DNA of 38,177 nucleotides, taken from positions 1-38,177 of the forward strand of contig JAJOLC010000043.1 of the NCBI GenBank assembly GCA_021129655.1. The letters are read 5' to 3'. Source of the DNA: Minisyncoccota bacterium. Its GTDB lineage: Bacteria; Patescibacteriota; Minisyncoccia; Phycocordibacterales; UBA918. The position numbers were made by a program, and so were the translations under genes. The notes beneath the pieces are model-generated. The model was not told where the DNA came from. It saw only the letters and a list, made by a program, of their open reading frames with translations, and did not search any database. How positions within the stretch are numbered: position 1 is the stretch's first letter; each line of letters starts with the position of its first letter. Below, piece by piece: positions 1-7,481 of this stretch.

Positions 1-58
1 TTAAATCCGAGTGCGCGCACAAGAAAAGGAAATTTTATTTTATATACGAGGCGCTTGG

Positions 59-105
59 GGGAAATTTTATGAGACGTATTCTACATACGTTGAGTAAAAT
101 TTCCC
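59..105. repeat. Extended inverted repeat or hairpin. Outer stem GGGAAATTTTA/TAAAATTTCCC, inner stem ACGTAT/ATACGT, with a symmetric TGAG/TGAG internal loop. A further direct copy of GGAAATTTTAT lies at 28-38.
   Basis: Read directly from the sequence. 59-69 pairs with 95-105, and 74-79 pairs with 85-90. On the + strand the internal loop can form G.U and tandem G.A pairs; on the - strand these become mismatches. Confidence 0.6.
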
Positions 106-131
106 TAGGCAACAAAGTAGATAAGATGAAA

Positions 132-617
132 TTACGCTTTCTTTTCTGCGATAGCGTTTAGTCCTAGAACTAGACCCTGGATTGGTGAGTTAATAACATT
201 CAAGAACATGCCTCGCAATACTGGTAGAGCTGGGATTGATGCAATCTCAGTCATTTCTGCCGCATCTTTGTAGACACCTTGGAAAACTCCTCCGGCGATA
301 GCGATGTTCTCTTTGTATTGCCCAACAAATTCTTTAATTTGTTGTGCGGGAGCAATTGCATCAGCACTGTATGCTAAAGCTATTTCTCCTTCTAGGACAG
401 GCATTTCACCTTCGTAAGCTCCGTCAAACGCTCGCTTCATGAGTGTCTTCTTAGCTACAAAGTAACCTACCCCTTCTTCTCGTAACTTAGCTCGCATCGC
501 AGTGTCGTCGCCAACTTTCATACCGTTGAACTTCACGAACACGATTGATTCAGAGTCATCCTTAACCCCATCAAGCTTAGTTAGAATTGTTGTCTTCTTT
601 TCTTTTGTAATTGCCAT
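132..617 (-). CDS. rplJ: 50S ribosomal protein L10
   Basis: The 161-aa ORF has the length and sequence pattern typical of uL10 (MAITKEKK..., FVKFNGMKV..., LR..L...GV.Y.V.KKTL..RA, C-terminal helix region). Confidence 0.88.
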   Translation of the reverse strand: MAITKEKKTTILTKLDGVKDDSESIVFVKFNGMKVGDDTAMRAKLREEGVGYFVAKKTLMKRAFDGAYEGEMPVLEGEIALAYSADAIAPAQQIKEFVGQYKENIAIAGGVFQGVYKDAAEMTEIASIPALPVLRGMFLNVINSPIQGLVLGLNAIAEKKA

Positions 618-780
618 TTAAAAATATGGATTACTTAATTAAAAACAGGCCCGACATAAAATTATGAGGGGCTCGACCACGTATCCAAAAAATAGGAGTA
701 CGACCTCGGCCGGCGAAACTTGCGTTTCATTACCGCACTAGGTGCGACCAACTGTCATGAGCCTGTTACGAAACACTATA
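618..780 (-). promoter_or_regulatory. Structured 5' leader of rplJ; candidate L10-type autoregulatory leader or attenuator
   Basis: A 163-nt untranslated spacer lies between the upstream terminator and the rplJ ATG. The minus-strand RNA contains a GAAAC-GCAA-GTTTC hairpin (GNRA loop) and a CGCAC-CUA-GUGCG hairpin. There is a long-range ACAGGC...GCCUGU pairing with a competing GGCUC...GAGCC pairing. An imperfect hairpin followed by CUGUUUUU sits ~30 nt before the start codon. Not matched to a covariance model. Confidence 0.3.
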
Positions 781-822
781 GCAGAAGGCCTGCAAAAGTA
801 AACACTTTTGCAGGCCTTCTGC
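781..822. terminator. Intrinsic terminator hairpin (19-bp perfect stem, 4-nt loop) downstream of the FAD oxidase gene
   Basis: GCAGAAGGCCTGCAAAAGT-aaac-ACTTTTGCAGGCCTTCTGC, starting 9 nt after the stop codon at 832. A/T tracts flank it. Confidence 0.7.
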
Positions 823-831
823 GCAAAAAAT

Positions 832-2511
832 TTAGTCCTTCACATTCTTTTTGATTGAGGAAAACAACAAATCCATATCGCCATTCACTTTCTTATGTGG
901 ATTAAATATACCCTGTGGATCTAATATATTTTTGGCTTGTTGAAATATCATCAACATCTCATCAGAAAACATTCGATTAAGGTAAGGAGTTCTAATCAGT
1001 CCGTCGTTATGCTCTCCGGTAATAGAACCGTCGTACTCTCCGACTAATGTATAAACTCTTTCTGATAAGTCCTTGATAATGTCAGTGAAATCAGGTCGAG
1101 AAAAATCCATCAGTGGAATAATATGAAAATTCCCGTCTCCAATATGACCAGCAATAGTAAATAGCAGCTTATAGTCAGCCATTATTTCATATAGCTTAGG
1201 CAAGAATTCTGGCAGCAATTCTGGTCGCACTGATATGTCGTCAATAAACGGAGCTGTGTGTTTGCCGTGCACATTTTCTCGCAATAACTTAAAGCTCTCA
1301 CGCCGGATAGTCCAGAATTTCTGCGCCTCATTTTTAGTCCTAGTTACATGAGTAGACACTGCGTAATTCTCCAAAACCTCAGCCTCAGCCTTCTTGGCAG
1401 CAGCAATCACCCCTTCCTCTGTGTCGCCAGCAAACTCGGCCATCAGGACCATTTTTGGGATTCCACCGGTCAGTATCATTTTAGTTTCGGGCAGGAAGCC
1501 CCATAATACCTTAAAAGGATTGCCGCCCAATTTACCTATTAGTTTAGGGAAGATACGCAACATCACACTGAAAGTTTTGTCATCATATGACTCAAAGCTT
1601 TCAGGCTTTTCTTTCAATACAATATTCACCAGGTCCCCCAATACTTTCATGTGTCGCTTACGCAAGAACATTACCAACATTCGGGAATGTGGCTTTGGCT
1701 TTATTAGGTCAAAGGTGATTTCAGTTATCAAGCCCAGTGTTCCTTGAGAACCAACAAAAAGCTGTATCAAATCAAAAGAGTCTTCTTCCCTATCCCACAC
1801 ATTCCATACAGCGTAGCCGGCGGAGTTTTTTGACACGGTTGGAGCCTCACTTTCAATCAAGTCTATATTATCTTTGATCAAAGATTCCATTTCTCGGTAA
1901 AACTGACCTTCAAAATTATCCTGTGCTTTCTTAGCCTGTAGCTCGTTGAAAGAAAGTTTCTTAAACTCGTATTCATTACCGTCACTCAAAACCACCTTAA
2001 GCGCTCGGACCCAACGTTCAGTCTTACCGTAGATGAGCGACTTCTCCCCCGCTGAGTTGTTGGCCACCATTCCTCCCACTGTGTTTAGTTCTCTTGAGGC
2101 TGTATAGCTAGGCAAAATTACTCCGAATTTCAAAGTTTCTTTATCGAAGTCACGATAAAACACTCCAGGTTCAGCAGTGGCTTGGGTAGCGGACACATCT
2201 TTAATTTTAGTAAAATGCTTCAAGAAATTAACCGCTACAGAATTAGTCAGTGGACCACCGGACATATCAGTTCCGGCCGAACGAGCGGTCAGAGAAACCA
2301 TTCCGCCAGAATCAGCAGCGTAGTTAACTAGCTTTTTAACGTCTTCGGTATGCTTCGGGTACACCACACAAGTGGGTTCAATATGGAAAATACTAGTGTC
2401 TTCACTATGTTCTTGAATAACGTCAGTTTTGACACTAACCTCTCCCTCCAATATATCTGTTAGTGATTTTTCTAAACTCATAGACAAATCATTACTCAGA
2501 TTTGTTACCAA
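832..2511 (-). CDS. FAD-binding oxidoreductase (FAD-linked oxidase / GlcD, D-lactate dehydrogenase-like family)
   Basis: 559-aa ORF. The N-terminal FAD_binding_4-like region includes ARSAGTDMSGG, NTVGGMVANNSAG and GSQGTLGLITEITF. The C-terminal oxidase region has GSITGEHNDGLIR. Confidence 0.8.
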   Translation of the reverse strand: MVTNLSNDLSMSLEKSLTDILEGEVSVKTDVIQEHSEDTSIFHIEPTCVVYPKHTEDVKKLVNYAADSGGMVSLTARSAGTDMSGGPLTNSVAVNFLKHFTKIKDVSATQATAEPGVFYRDFDKETLKFGVILPSYTASRELNTVGGMVANNSAGEKSLIYGKTERWVRALKVVLSDGNEYEFKKLSFNELQAKKAQDNFEGQFYREMESLIKDNIDLIESEAPTVSKNSAGYAVWNVWDREEDSFDLIQLFVGSQGTLGLITEITFDLIKPKPHSRMLVMFLRKRHMKVLGDLVNIVLKEKPESFESYDDKTFSVMLRIFPKLIGKLGGNPFKVLWGFLPETKMILTGGIPKMVLMAEFAGDTEEGVIAAAKKAEAEVLENYAVSTHVTRTKNEAQKFWTIRRESFKLLRENVHGKHTAPFIDDISVRPELLPEFLPKLYEIMADYKLLFTIAGHIGDGNFHIIPLMDFSRPDFTDIIKDLSERVYTLVGEYDGSITGEHNDGLIRTPYLNRMFSDEMLMIFQQAKNILDPQGIFNPHKKVNGDMDLLFSSIKKNVKD

Positions 2512-2947
2512 TAAAATTAGTCAGTAACTGCAAGAAAGTGGCCACTCCGGACAGAGCTAGCAGCACGACCGGAAAAACAGCATATGGAGTAATAAGATAA
2601 ACAAATATTACAAATGAGGCCGCCAGTACTCCTGTACACCAAGGACAAGACAAGAAGTCAGCAATGGTTCGACGCGGACCATGTTTTGGTTTTTCTAACC
2701 GGTGTCCCTTCCCTGCTTTCTTAGCATCCCAAAACTGTTCCCGGAAGAATTTAGTGACTGAGTCATACACAAATAGTTGTGTCATGCGCCAGGCCGCCAG
2801 AGTGATTAAGACATAGTCAACTAGAGCTAAATCTTGCAGCGGTATTCGAGACTCAGTCTCAAGAATAATCGCCCCCATGATTATGAGCACTAAGAAAAAT
2901 ACTGAAAAAACAAAATTCCAAAAATACTGATCTGTGATGCGTATCAT
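2492..2947 (-). CDS. DUF1360-like integral membrane protein
   Basis: 151 aa with about 4 hydrophobic segments. The LSCPWCTGV motif matches my recollection of DUF1360. It overlaps the downstream oxidase gene by 20 nt, suggesting co-translation. Confidence 0.5.
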   Translation of the reverse strand: MIRITDQYFWNFVFSVFFLVLIIMGAIILETESRIPLQDLALVDYVLITLAAWRMTQLFVYDSVTKFFREQFWDAKKAGKGHRLEKPKHGPRRTIADFLSCPWCTGVLAASFVIFVYLITPYAVFPVVLLALSGVATFLQLLTNFIGNKSE

Positions 2948-3185
2948 AATTAATTATTATTGTAACACTCGACAGTAACTAATTATCTTCGTTTAGTATT
3001 TCTTCCTTAATCTCCTTTAATATTCTGTATCCTTGCTTTGCCATATTCTTTGTATTAGTTAGGTAATAATACTTAGAATTGTTGTCTTAAGAAAAGGGCA
3101 CATTTAGGCTCCTCCACTTATTTTTTTAATGTAATTTATCATTTTAACTTCTGTTCATTCCTGGCACCCAGAGGGTCACGCTAAG

Positions 3186-3575
3186 TCACTCCACTCTATG
3201 ATAAAATCTTTGCACCAAAGAAAATATTAACGTCCCCAGTACCATAATACTACCGGTTGTGATTGCTAGGGACGTCCGTGTTGGCCAGCTATAACTAATC
3301 TCAGTAGCCCCGGATATGATTATGAGGATGGACAATGGCAGAAACCAGAACATGAACTTTCTTTTCCATAGTGAGAAGATTTTCTCACTGAAAAATAGGA
3401 GAATTAGGGTTGATACGACTACTGAAATAATAAGAAAAAAAAGTGGTTCCAATACTGAGGCTTCAAGACCATAAAATGTCCCTTTGTGTATTTTATAAGT
3501 AGCAGGTTCAGTTAAAAAAAGTAGGAGTGCTAAAAATAATGAGCCGCCGATTATTATGTATCTTCTATTTTTCAT
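3186..3575 (-). CDS. Hypothetical small polytopic membrane protein
   Basis: 129 aa with about 4 hydrophobic helices. Its start overlaps the stop of the upstream 844-aa gene by 11 nt (translational coupling). No family recognised. Confidence 0.5.
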   Translation of the reverse strand: MKNRRYIIIGGSLFLALLLFLTEPATYKIHKGTFYGLEASVLEPLFFLIISVVVSTLILLFFSEKIFSLWKRKFMFWFLPLSILIIISGATEISYSWPTRTSLAITTGSIMVLGTLIFSLVQRFYHRVE

Positions 3576-6099
3576 ATTGTTTTATATTTTTTATTATTTT
3601 TTTAATTAAAAAAATATTATCATCAGTGATTTTACCCTTTTTGTGGTACCTATTCAGCTTTCTTTCTACATATTTTAAGATTCTACTCTCAACTCGATAA
3701 AAAACTTTGTCGTGTTCCGCTATTTCAGAAAATTTCTGGGCCAGACGGACTCTTTTTAACAGCCTCCTCTCTACTGATTTCTTAAGGTTTAATTCTCTAA
3801 TTAAAGTTTTTAAGTCCTTATAATTATATATTTCTTTCTCTTCTAAAATAACTACTCCTTCGAGAGTTTGTTCTAGCTCGAAGTTTTGGTCTCCATCAAG
3901 GTCCGTTTTTAAGGAGGTATATACACCACCCTTAATTGAAAACACAGCCCTCATAGTTGAGGTGGTAGTTGCTCCAGACAAGACGGACACTTCTTTCTGC
4001 TCACCAAGACCATCAAGCTCATCCACAGTGAGTGTGTATACTCCATTACCTGTACCACTTAACACAATCTCTACATCTTCTTCACTAGGAATGATCACAT
4101 ACTTACTTCCACCCAGTTCAAAGTATTGCGAGTTAGTAATATCCTTCCTAACTTCTCCATCAACCACTCCAACTTGCTTACCGCTCTCTGCTGTTGCTAA
4201 CAATGATACAGGTGAGTGTACTGCGATAATCCTGTATCTACTGCTGACTTCAGTAAATTCTGGAATTACTAAAGAATCTGAGAGATACGGATATCTTATT
4301 ACTGAATCCAAAAATGCTTGCACCGCTTCACTCTCGGTAAGGTTCTTATGGGCTCGATTTTTAGATGTTATACCTAGGTTTTCCAAAAATAAATTCACTT
4401 TCATTGTGGTCTTATCACCCTCATATCCCTCTGAGGAAACAGTCACGACAGTCTGATCTCCTTTATTTGTCATAATCGGAAAGGGCTTCAAGTATGAATC
4501 TATGATGCAGAATTCATTATCCACAGAACAGTCATACTCTCTATACTCATAACCTTTAATTGTTGGTAGTCCTGTCCCTACTATTTCATAAACCTCTACT
4601 CCAGCTGGAGCCGCCCAATTATCTTGAGCCTCTTGAATCTTGGATGCATCAGAAAAAATCTGTGTATTTAAAACAATCGCTTCATTTAAGCCCACAGCTT
4701 CTTCTCGATTATTAAGACTGTTCAAAAGAAAATTTGATAGGTTTAATTGAGAATTAATTTCTCCGTAAGTTGAGACTACTTTCGCTAGTTCCGAACCATC
4801 AGTGCTTATTACTGCCTCGGATACCGATTCGAAATATCTAGAAGACGGTAATAACGTATAAGCTCCTGGCATATTTTTTGTAACATCTCTTGCTGTGTTA
4901 GCACTAGACACTAAACTTAAGCCTAAATTTTGATCTAAGCCGTGCAACATAGAACCAATTGCTTTGGGTGTACCAAGTTGAGGGGTCCCTATCATTATCA
5001 GTTTATCAATCTTATTTTTCAGTATAGTATCCCCATATTCCGCAAGAAGGGACTTGGCTACTAGACCACCGTTTGAATGAGCTATCAACGTAACTTTTCC
5101 CGTATAAGATTTATCTGCTAAGGCTAGGATTTCATCTAAGAGTCTTTTGGACTCATCTTTGTACTTAACCTCCTTAGTGGCAACATCAGTCACACTATAT
5201 CGCCAATCGTAGGCAAAGGCTTTAAATTCTTCCATGACCTCTGGTGATAAGCTGTCCATCTGATTCAGAAAAGACTTATGTATATTAGTTCCGTTTACAA
5301 TTTCACTGATTACATCACTTGTATAAACTTCATTAACACTTGCACCTTCGTTAGTCATTTCTAATTTTTGAACATCTGAATTTATGTTTGGCTCCCAGAT
5401 TTGATTTTCTGTGCCAAATGCTCCTTCAGTGTACAACCGACTCGCTTGGATCCCCGGCAGAAACAAAACACTAGAAGCACCGGCGGGGGCCGGAGTCGGC
5501 GGAGTTTTATAATCTATAGTGAACTGAATCGCCACGACTTCTGTAAAGTCTGGGTAATAAGAATAAACGGTGGTGGGTAGGAATAGATTTTTTAGCCACT
5601 GTTTCCAACCACTTTCTTCTTGGACTAGTACTGGAGCATCCTCATGAACCAAAACTAACGTATATTCTCCGTCTGCTAACGAAGCAAAAGAAGCTTCAGT
5701 CGCTAAGCTATTTGTAGGCGAAGGACCAAATCCGGTTGGCAAGACCCTTACAAAATCCCCATTCTCTTTTTTGAAGAGTTGCATTGGCTCCATGATGAAG
5801 CCTCCCGGCCTATCAATAAAGTAGGTCAATTTAGTGGTACTTGCTTCATATACAGAAACCGTGGTACTAGCCATGACAGCTTGCCCGCCTATCGAGGCTT
5901 GATAAGAAAACGGCACTGGCACATCTGCGTTAAAGGGGTTACTACAATCAGTTATATGCGTAACCACCTCCACTGATCCTTCATAATTATTGACCGTATC
6001 AATAATATTCCCACAAGCCGCTTGGGTAGAATTAGTATAAATAAAGAAAAATCCTACAACCAACAAAATGTGCAGGGGTAATTTTTTAATGAAGAACAT
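3565..6099 (-). CDS. Secreted alpha/beta hydrolase, LCAT-like (lecithin:cholesterol acyltransferase / phospholipase-like lipase) with extra beta-rich domains and a basic helical tail
   Basis: An N-terminal signal-like segment is present (MFFIKKLPLHILLVVGFFFIYTNSTQA). FAYDWRYS matches the YDWR motif of the LCAT family. The nucleophile elbow is LIAHSNGG (AxSxG). Candidate Asp is in KGDQTVV and candidate His in RAHKNL. Confidence 0.6.
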   Translation of the reverse strand: MFFIKKLPLHILLVVGFFFIYTNSTQAACGNIIDTVNNYEGSVEVVTHITDCSNPFNADVPVPFSYQASIGGQAVMASTTVSVYEASTTKLTYFIDRPGGFIMEPMQLFKKENGDFVRVLPTGFGPSPTNSLATEASFASLADGEYTLVLVHEDAPVLVQEESGWKQWLKNLFLPTTVYSYYPDFTEVVAIQFTIDYKTPPTPAPAGASSVLFLPGIQASRLYTEGAFGTENQIWEPNINSDVQKLEMTNEGASVNEVYTSDVISEIVNGTNIHKSFLNQMDSLSPEVMEEFKAFAYDWRYSVTDVATKEVKYKDESKRLLDEILALADKSYTGKVTLIAHSNGGLVAKSLLAEYGDTILKNKIDKLIMIGTPQLGTPKAIGSMLHGLDQNLGLSLVSSANTARDVTKNMPGAYTLLPSSRYFESVSEAVISTDGSELAKVVSTYGEINSQLNLSNFLLNSLNNREEAVGLNEAIVLNTQIFSDASKIQEAQDNWAAPAGVEVYEIVGTGLPTIKGYEYREYDCSVDNEFCIIDSYLKPFPIMTNKGDQTVVTVSSEGYEGDKTTMKVNLFLENLGITSKNRAHKNLTESEAVQAFLDSVIRYPYLSDSLVIPEFTEVSSRYRIIAVHSPVSLLATAESGKQVGVVDGEVRKDITNSQYFELGGSKYVIIPSEEDVEIVLSGTGNGVYTLTVDELDGLGEQKEVSVLSGATTTSTMRAVFSIKGGVYTSLKTDLDGDQNFELEQTLEGVVILEEKEIYNYKDLKTLIRELNLKKSVERRLLKRVRLAQKFSEIAEHDKVFYRVESRILKYVERKLNRYHKKGKITDDNIFLIKKIIKNIKQYEK

Positions 6100-6114
6100 A
6101 TTTTTATAAACTTT

Positions 6115-6260
6115 TTAATTTTGAATCTTTCCCCCGTCTCCAACTCCCAACACCAGTAACATCACCCCAGCAATTACTTCAAAAAGCGAAAGAAGCTTTT
6201 GCTTACAATTTTCTGCTTAATGGAGTTATTTTTCCGGTTTTCCACTGGATCATTACCCAT
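6115..6260 (-). pseudogene. Frameshifted paralog of the small membrane ORF at 6365-6520
   Basis: ATG at 6260 gives MGNDPVENRKNNSIKQKIVSKSFFRFLK, stopping at 6174-6176. The next frame, from 6177, continues VIAGVMLLVLGVGDGGKIQN*. Together these parallel KKIVNKTFYQFL...VVAGVLLFILVLGVGSGVQ* of the neighbour. Confidence 0.4.
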
Positions 6261-6364
6261 AATTATAACAGTTCCTCCCCTCTCACCCGATAACTATCAA
6301 CTTTAAACCACCCCAAAGGAGAGTCGCCCCTGGGTAAGACCTGGGGAGGTTACTAATTAAATTT

Positions 6365-6520
6365 TTATTGCACACCACTACCCACCCCCAAAACTAAAAT
6401 AAACAACAACACTCCAGCCACTACCGCTATAAAGCTAAACAGGAACTGGTAAAAAGTTTTATTGACTATCTTTTTCGGAGCTCCCAAAAGTAGTTTTTCT
6501 GTTTTTTGCTTAGGATTCAT
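6365..6520 (-). CDS. Small single-pass membrane protein (51 aa), hypothetical
   Basis: The internal Met (MNPKQKTEKLL...) is taken as the start. The longer 81-aa ORF would read through the terminator hairpin at 6560-6592. The C-terminal helix is hydrophobic. Confidence 0.4.
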   Translation of the reverse strand: MNPKQKTEKLLLGAPKKIVNKTFYQFLFSFIAVVAGVLLFILVLGVGSGVQ

Positions 6521-6559
6521 GATTAATATAAGTATAACAAATAAATTAATGCAGAAACA

Positions 6560-6592
6560 AGAAAGGCCGCCAGCTTTGCTGGCGGCCTTTCT
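6560..6592 (-). terminator. Intrinsic terminator after the transposase-like gene
   Basis: GAAAGGCCGCCAGC-ttt-GCTGGCGGCCTTTC. On the minus strand it is followed by the T-rich TTGTTTCTG. Confidence 0.7.
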
Positions 6593-6605
6593 ATAAACAA
6601 AGTGT

Positions 6606-6626
6606 TCCACAGGTCTTTCCTGTGGG
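6606..6626. repeat. REP-like hairpin copy 1 (CCACAGG-tcttt-CCTGTGG), inverted relative to copies 2 and 3
   Basis: Read directly. It lies 16 nt downstream of the stop of the 6642-7316 gene. Confidence 0.75.
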
Positions 6627-6641
6627 AAGTTTTTGTTGCGT

Positions 6642-7316
6642 TTAATTTTCTTCCTCGTATTCTAGCCACTCAATAATGTCGGTTATCCCTCCTTTCAATT
6701 CTTCACTGTAATCAGGAAACGGGCTTGTATTAATAATAGCCGACTCACTCCTCTCCCCACAGGAAAGACCTGTGGGGATTTGGTCAATATAGCTTGAATA
6801 TTTATACTTCTCTAGATAACTTATCGCGGTTTGTAAGTCATTAATCCCCTTTTCACGCCAATCAAGCTGCAGGAGTTTGACAGGATTTAAGTGAATATAA
6901 GAAAATAAATACTTAAGGTAGGTATCACTGCTCACATGCTTAGATTTAAACTTACCTTCAAAAAGTGAACCTGTTCGCTTATACTTTTTATTAAAATACA
7001 TAGAGTATCCTGTACTCAACTTCTTCATAAAGATACTTATTCCTCCTTCAACCAAGGGCTTAAGCAAAATATGAAAATGATTTGGCATTAAGCAATATGC
7101 CCCAATAGCAACTACAGACTCTCCCATATCAACTTCATAGGGATTTTGCTTCCCTAGTTCACGTACCTTAAATGACTTTGTACCATTCGATAAATACAAA
7201 AGTTGCATGAAGCGCTCATAATCGCAGTCGTTCTTATAGATAATTTGCTTACTGTTTCCTCTATTATAAATATGATAATACTCATCTAGAACAAACGGTA
7301 CAATACGTTGGGCCAT
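6642..7316 (-). CDS. IS200/IS605-type Y1 HUH transposase-like protein (REP-associated tyrosine transposase, RAYT/COG1943-like)
   Basis: The N-terminal motif is YHIYNRGN. The HUH motif is LMPNHFHILL. The catalytic Tyr motif is YIHLNPVK. At 224 aa, the length and motif order fit the Y1_Tnp family. Confidence 0.8.
   Translation of the reverse strand: MAQRIVPFVLDEYYHIYNRGNSKQIIYKNDCDYERFMQLLYLSNGTKSFKVRELGKQNPYEVDMGESVVAIGAYCLMPNHFHILLKPLVEGGISIFMKKLSTGYSMYFNKKYKRTGSLFEGKFKSKHVSSDTYLKYLFSYIHLNPVKLLQLDWREKGINDLQTAISYLEKYKYSSYIDQIPTGLSCGERSESAIINTSPFPDYSEELKGGITDIIEWLEYEEEN
6755..6777. repeat. REP-like hairpin copy 2 (CCCCACAGG-aaaga-CCTGTGGGG), inside the 3' part of the transposase-like CDS
   Basis: Identical 23-mer to copy 3. 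It is translated in-frame as PTGLSCGE. Confidence 0.75.
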
Positions 7317-7368
7317 AGTTTATATTCTACATCAAGCAAACCCCTGCAGATCAAATTGAACAAGAAAA

Positions 7369-7391
7369 CCCCACAGGAAAGACCTGTGGGG
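7369..7391. repeat. REP-like hairpin copy 3 (CCCCACAGG-aaaga-CCTGTGGGG), 53 nt upstream of the transposase-like gene
   Basis: Read directly. T-runs flank it on both strands, so it can also act as a bidirectional terminator. Confidence 0.75.
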
Positions 7392-7398
7392 TTTTTGA

Positions 7399-7438
7399 GC
7401 AAAGTAAAAGCCCCGCTTACGCGGGGCTTTTACTTTGC
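7399..7438 (-). terminator. Terminator hairpin (18-bp perfect stem) after the surface-protein gene, in tandem with REP copy 3
   Basis: GCAAAGTAAAAGCCCCGC-ttac-GCGGGGCTTTTACTTTGC, 44 nt after the stop at 7482. Confidence 0.7.
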
Positions 7439-7481
7439 TTCTTAGCTTAGACTTTCGTCTGCGCTATAACTTCCAATTAAA

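Larger units (their letters stand above)
6606..7391 (-). mobile_element. RAYT-like gene bracketed by inversely oriented REP-like hairpins
   Basis: This is the combination of the three features above. No terminal inverted repeats or target-site duplication were identified. Confidence 0.5.

Noticed and set aside
1394-1747. Plus-strand 117-aa ORF inside the FAD oxidase gene. The same applies to similar antisense ORFs at 3962-4456, 5779-5976, 7552-7788, 8272-8673, 8309-8593, 8707-9156, 11556-11993, 26642-27052, 27519-27800, 33804-34382 and others.
   Set aside because: Each lies entirely within and antisense to (or out of frame with) a long CDS that has clear family motifs. Their compositions are low-complexity (S/P/T-rich shadows of acidic or biased codons). 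None has an independent start signal.
2979-3044. 21-codon minus-strand ORF (MAKQGYRILKEIKEEILNEDN) between the DUF1360 gene and the small membrane gene
   Set aside because: It cannot be supported from sequence alone; there is no RBS and no homology.
4517-4525. Perfect DnaA box TTATCCACA, plus a near-match TGTGGATAC at 9960-9968, as a hint of oriC
   Set aside because: These are isolated single boxes, one of them inside a CDS. There is no cluster, no adjacent AT-rich unwinding element pattern, and no dnaA or dnaN nearby.
6521-6610. N-terminal 30 codons of the 81-aa ORF 6365-6610
   Set aside because: This extension would be translated across the strong terminator hairpin at 6560-6592 and REP copy 1. 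The internal Met at 6520 gives a sensible small membrane protein.
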